A stretch of 64,000 nucleotides of DNA, taken from the NCBI GenBank assembly GCA_963730935.1, contig CAVSTP010000004.1, positions 1,408,001 through 1,472,000 on the forward strand. Direction: 5' to 3'. The notes beneath the pieces are model-generated. The model did not search any database. It saw only the letters and a program-made list of their open reading frames with translations, and was not told where the DNA came from. Below are positions 59,747 to 64,000 of the stretch, piece after piece (the first letter of the stretch is position 1; each line of letters begins with the position of its first letter). Both the position numbers and the translations under genes were made by a program. Origin of the DNA: an uncultured Nitrospiraceae bacterium (GTDB lineage Bacteria > Nitrospirota > Nitrospiria > Nitrospirales > Nitrospiraceae).

Positions 59747-59983
59747 CCCTAAATGATCCTTCCAAGCTCGCTTGTTTTCTCTTTCCTAAGGAAGGTGGAT
59801 GGGTCGCCCACTGCGATTTGCGATGGATGCAGGACCTTATCCCGGCGGTCGCCTTTAGGCGATGGCGAGACGCAGTGTTCGAAGGCCGTTCAGACAACGT
59901 CTCGGACGGACTGAGTTTGCGGAGCCAAGCCGCGATAGGGCCCTGCAGTTTATCCATCGCTTGAGCAGGAAGGCGCCCATCCA
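59747..59983 (-). repeat. Full-length repeat copy, right member of the inverted pair
   Basis: Reverse complement of 56064-56297. Confidence 0.9.
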
Positions 59984-59998
59984 CCTCCGACACTTCCT

Positions 59999-60728
59999 TT
60001 AATGCGTCCAGATTTGCTCTGGTGTGTCCGCGAACGGATAGACATGCACCATCCAGCCGAAGAGCTGCGGCACGAAGCGCCCGCCGGCTTGTTTGCATTC
60101 GGCTTCTGTCAGGATCGACCCTTTCGGGCCGAACTTCTTCCAATCCGCGCTCTGCATGTCTTTCTTCTGCGGCAGACAAATGTTCACGTGCGCGTGCCAC
60201 TGCGCAATGCTCAATGGGATCCGGTCATTCAGATTCGCCTCGCTCGCCCACTTCGGCGCGGTGAACATCGCGCCTTCCAGCTCATAGCCCTCAGGAGTTT
60301 TCCTATAGAGCAGCGAAGTCGGCTGCTTCGGATCGAAGCTGAAGGCCGCCTTGAATCCATTCCACTTGCGCGTAAAGTGATAATGCGGCTGCTGCACGTT
60401 CGGCAGGAATGGCTCATAGCCGTCATCGATGGCCACGCGATACTCCCGATATCCGAGCCAACGCCTGTCGTAGCTGCCGAAGGATGTCCCACGCCGTCGC
60501 CTGATCCGCTTGATTCGTCGGTCGAAGTGTAGTCCAGCGGAAATGCGGCCCCAAATGCGCATGAGAACCGGCCATCGAACTCACCGTCTCCGCCTCGTGG
60601 TGCCCATGCACGTGCTCCTCTTCGGCATCGCCATGCGATGGAGACTGGGCTTCCTGCGTGACCTGGTCCGGATGCCTAGAGCAGGAGATCATGAAAAGGA
60701 ATGCGAGAATTAGAGCGAGGGAATGCAT
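59999..60728 (-). CDS. His-rich lipoprotein, one apparent +1 frameshift at about 60453
   Basis: MISC lipobox; removing one base gives ...QALARYREYRVAIDDGY...WHAHVNIC...GWMVHVYP. Confidence 0.7.
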
Positions 60729-60771
60729 ACAGGTACTCTCTTTAGACTAACGGATCTGTTCAATCAACGTA

Positions 60772-60893
60772 AAAGTAGCCTGTCCCCTTCTCTCTTCCCT
60801 ACATTGAGGGCGGTGCGCGTCGAAGCGCGCACGTTTGAGACCAATCGTGCTACCCTCTCAAGTAGAGGTACAAGGAAGCTTGGAAGGAATATT
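60772..60893 (-). repeat. Modular repeat copy plus AAGGGGACAGGCTACTTT motif
   Basis: 60772-60789 is the reverse complement of 56304-56321; 60805-60890 matches 36895-37022 modules. Confidence 0.75.
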
Positions 60894-60941
60894 TGATTAT
60901 AGGTCTACACCTGCGGATGGCGATGTCCGTGAGAATTGACC

Positions 60942-61118
60942 CTATTCTACGCTCTTGGCCTCGAAGTCGACGAGGGCATCGTCTTCGACGGTATAACGGA
61001 TCTCGAGAGGATTGCAGCACACCTCACAGTCTTCGACGTAGGTGTGACGGTGGACCGAAGGGTCCAGGACCATCGAAATGTCTGCGCCGCAAAAGGGACA
61101 GACGAAGGAATGTTCCAC
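60942..61118 (-). CDS. CPXCG-motif cysteine-rich protein
   Basis: CPFCG...YVEDCEVCCNP. Confidence 0.85.
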   Translation of the reverse strand: MEHSFVCPFCGADISMVLDPSVHRHTYVEDCEVCCNPLEIRYTVEDDALVDFEAKSVE

Positions 61119-61377
61119 AACCAAATACGCTACCGCAGGTTGCTGTCGCATGACAATGGTTCGGTGGTCAGGATCGTCTGAAAGGAGCCGTTCTGATGTC
61201 AACACACCAAACAATTACCGATTGGATTATTAAACAGTTACGTCGATCTCCTGAACGTCAGCTTGAAGAGTTGGTGTGACACGGCACCCGCGCCCTGAGA
61301 AGGGAACGAATAACACCCGCGCTGGTCCCTTGCTCTGTGTTCGTTCGACGGCCGCAGTGGCTACGAGCGGACCACCT

Positions 61378-61698
61378 TCAGCTTTTCTTTTCTTCGATGC
61401 CCCAGGTTGTGACCAGCACCTCGGTGCCGTTCACTGATCGAAGATGTTCCACAACCCGCCAGCCCTTCAAGACTTTTCCCAACTTGTCCGGCTTATGTTC
61501 CATCAGAAACTCGGTCGAGATCACCGCGTCCCGGAATCCTCCAAAGTCGCTCGCTTCGATCCGAAACACCTGGGCCAGTCTCTGGCCATCGTATGAATCT
61601 CGAATCGACGCGTTAGGCATATGTTCATGGAAATATTCACGCACCGCCGCGATTCTCTTCGATTCATCTTCGGTATTGACGCTCTCTCCCCACGCCAT
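61378..61698 (-). CDS. Hypothetical protein (paralog of 26542..26859)
   Basis: GGAGG SD; alignment described under 26542..26859. Confidence 0.75.
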   Translation of the reverse strand: MAWGESVNTEDESKRIAAVREYFHEHMPNASIRDSYDGQRLAQVFRIEASDFGGFRDAVISTEFLMEHKPDKLGKVLKGWRVVEHLRSVNGTEVLVTTWGIEEKKS

Positions 61699-62219
61699 GG
61701 CTGCACCCTCCCAGATTGAGCTGCTGCACAAGCCTAGGCGCGGGGAAGGAGAGAGTCAATGCGAGACGTGCTAAGCTGAGATGGCGTGCCGTACGAACGC
61801 TCACATGTGGCGGCAACACGCCGAATGGTTCTTGAAGAGGATTCTGTCTGTCACATCTTTCTGCTCCGAACAAGGAGAACGGCCATGAAGACAGACGCTT
61901 CATGAAATGTTGAATGTCTCATCGCAGGTCTCTGAGCGATCAAGGCTTGTAAACAGGCCGACGACTCGGGAGGGCGCCATGGCGAGCCAATCACTCTTCC
62001 TTTCAATGGCAGAATGTTTCAGTAATCACTGCTGGGCACGTATTTCGCTAGGTACCAATCAGCAGGATAGCGCGTTTGGGACCGTGCACTTCTGTGTACC
62101 TTCCGAGAGAGCGATGCTCATCAAGGAGAGGGAGATGAGTCTATGAGCCGTGATAGCGTTCTGATGGGTATTGGGGACAGCGCCGGTACACTCCGCGCGT
62201 GAAGGAAAGGAGATACTCG

Positions 62220-62534
62220 ATGAAATTACAGCCGTTGCACGATTGGGTCTTGATCCGAACCGGCGAGCCAAGCGAGAAGAGCACCGGCGGCATTATCATT
62301 CCGGACACTGCGCGAGAGAAACCCAGGGAAGGAGAGGTTCTCGCCGTGGGGCCGGGTCACCTTGTCGAGGACAAGGATTCTAAGGAGAAGGTCAAGAAGA
62401 AGACGTTTGTGAAGACTACCCTCAAGCCGGGCGAGCATATCCTGTACGACAAACACGCCGCCAGAGAAGTGGAGGGCGACGAGGAAGAGTTGGTGTTGGT
62501 TCGAGAAGAGGATGTCTTGGGCTATCTTCCGTAA
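62220..62534 (+). CDS. groES: Co-chaperonin GroES-like protein (orphan)
   Basis: MKLQPLHDWVLI...TGGIIIPDTAREKP.EGEVLAVGPG...REEDVLG. Confidence 0.9.
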   Translation: MKLQPLHDWVLIRTGEPSEKSTGGIIIPDTAREKPREGEVLAVGPGHLVEDKDSKEKVKKKTFVKTTLKPGEHILYDKHAAREVEGDEEELVLVREEDVLGYLP

Positions 62535-62574
62535 CGAGGAATGCCCACACCGTTCCATCCGAACCTCCCACACC

Positions 62575-63084
62575 CTACTTTGGATTCACGGCCATATAGG
62601 CGCGGATGAACTCGTCGACAAGGCCTTCGACAGTGGTCTTGAGGACATGGATGTTCTTGTGAGGCTTGATGCCGACCACGTTCTCAGTCACCCATGAGCG
62701 AACCCAGACCGGCAGGCTGGTCTGTCTGTGTATCTGCACCATCTCCTGCCAGACCGAGACTTCGACGCAGTAGGCATAAAGGGAGTCCGAGCGTGCCGTT
62801 TGGACCAGGATCTGAATTGTCGGACGGCCTTGCGTCATGGTGACCTCGTCTTGACTCAACAGACGAATGCCTGCGGTCCGCAGACGGGTTTCGGCAGTCG
62901 TCCGGACGAGGTCCTTCGTCAGCCCGTCCCGCTCCACGTCAGCATCGATCTTCTCGACGATCAGCCGTACACCAGGCAAACCTCGTAACGTCTCCTGGGC
63001 AAGCGGGTCCTTTGGAAGCTGCGCAAGGCCAACGATCGGCCACAAGCAGAACAGGGATAGCAGTGCCAGGATCTTCAGCCACAT
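62575..63084 (-). CDS. Exported hypothetical protein (paralog of 34303..34800)
   Basis: AAGGAGG SD; signal peptide; shared LRGLPGV..IVE and C-terminal F...(F/Y)..VN. Confidence 0.78.
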   Translation of the reverse strand: MWLKILALLSLFCLWPIVGLAQLPKDPLAQETLRGLPGVRLIVEKIDADVERDGLTKDLVRTTAETRLRTAGIRLLSQDEVTMTQGRPTIQILVQTARSDSLYAYCVEVSVWQEMVQIHRQTSLPVWVRSWVTENVVGIKPHKNIHVLKTTVEGLVDEFIRAYMAVNPK

Positions 63085-63594
63085 CAGCGACCTCCTTGCC
63101 GGTGACCCGGACGATAACCCGCTCGCGAGAAGATGACAATCCCCTTGGTGGAACTCCGAAGAACGAGGTCGACCGTCCTGAACTTTTGATCTCCCGTGCT
63201 CGCGAAACGCGCGCCCTGATATAGACCGGATAATACCGGTTGACTAAGCTGCCCCTTCACGCGCAGTGTGGACTAACGACGTTTCAGCCCCGTTGGCTGC
63301 CCCATCCCTCGCGTTTCCTGGTCCTTCCTAGCGCGACCGATTCTCCAGTCTCCGCCGCTCCAACGCCAGCATCCCTCTGAAGCACTCTTCACGAGGCATC
63401 GCATGAGTCTAAGGATGTGTGCCGGGAGTCTGTCCGAGCTATGCGCGCCGTATGGCATGGTCAACTCGGCATGCGTAGTCGGGAGCAACGGCCCCGGACG
63501 CGCAGCGACTCAACGTGATCTTCATGCCGAGAACATCACCGATATACAGCTGAGGAGTCGCTGATGAGACCCAGGGAAACAAAGGAGGCCGGTC

Positions 63595-63924
63595 ATGGTC
63601 AAGGCCTACGTCCTATTGGTCAGTAGTCTTATCCTGAACACATCGATGGCAGTCGGTTGCGCGAGTGGCTTCGTGGAGCCAGCGAGTACGCCCCCCGCGG
63701 AAACGTACAAACACCTCAGTGACCAGGCGGTACTCTACCGTCAGGAGGCCGTGGACCTTCGGGCAGCCGCCCAATACTATGAAGGGGAAGCTCAACGGTC
63801 TGCCTGGGAGACGGGCCAGGACTCGGATCGGACGCAACGCTATCGAGACTTTGCCCAACAAGCTTCGGTGCAGGCCCTGGAGGCCGATCGTCATGCCGAA
63901 GAGTACCAGCAGCAGTTGCTGTGA
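63595..63924 (+). CDS. Small helical lipoprotein
   Basis: AAGGAGG SD; AVGC lipobox; Ala/Gln-rich helices. Confidence 0.7.
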   Translation: MVKAYVLLVSSLILNTSMAVGCASGFVEPASTPPAETYKHLSDQAVLYRQEAVDLRAAAQYYEGEAQRSAWETGQDSDRTQRYRDFAQQASVQALEADRHAEEYQQQLL

Positions 63925-64000
63925 TGAGCTAAGCCACGTCGCGAGACCGGATTAACGCGTCAGGCACCTTTTTCATCGCGCGCAGTGAGCACTGCCTCTA

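Noticed and set aside
59502..60200. ORFs 1981..2256, 40369..40776, 56083..56271, 59502..60200 and 59704..59964 sharing peptides such as RWRDA..EG
   Set aside because: The similarity comes from the non-coding repeat family; frames and lengths are not conserved.
63975..64000. GCGCGCAGTGAG...GAGCACTGCCT resembling a repeat module at the window edge
   Set aside because: Too short and truncated to call.

Overview
Bacterial chromosomal window, most likely Nitrospira (inferred from the five-subunit-type 2-oxoacid:ferredoxin oxidoreductase alpha/beta genes, small CxxC proteins and intergenic repeat style; not confirmed by a search). Core-like genes (purM-purN, tRNA-Ala(CGC), acetolactate synthase, glgX, PFOR/OGOR alpha-beta, iscA/erpA, nnrS, NCS2 permease) alternate with accessory DNA. 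Main results: (1) two integrase-free islets (about 3.2 kb and 12 kb) sit in tandem at the tRNA-Ala 3' end, with three copies of the 13-bp att core and conserved left and right arms; (2) a second family of integrase-arm-like sites (CTGCTACCACGCTGCTACCAGGA) lies downstream of unrelated genes, and serine-recombinase N-terminal stubs and XRE-plus-cargo units occur nearby; (3) a putative phosphate-scavenging locus has an atypical PhoB-like regulator, 11-bp-periodic Pho-box-like sites, an OprO/P-like porin followed by an exported gamma carbonic anhydrase, two divergent orphan PstS genes, an unannotated 39-aa membrane peptide and an S1/P1 nuclease; (4) a modular intergenic repeat family has at least 7 copies, two of which bracket a GH13 gene as an inverted pair. 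Five apparent +1 frameshifts at short base runs may be sequencing errors. All calls come from reading the sequence by eye; no database searches were run.
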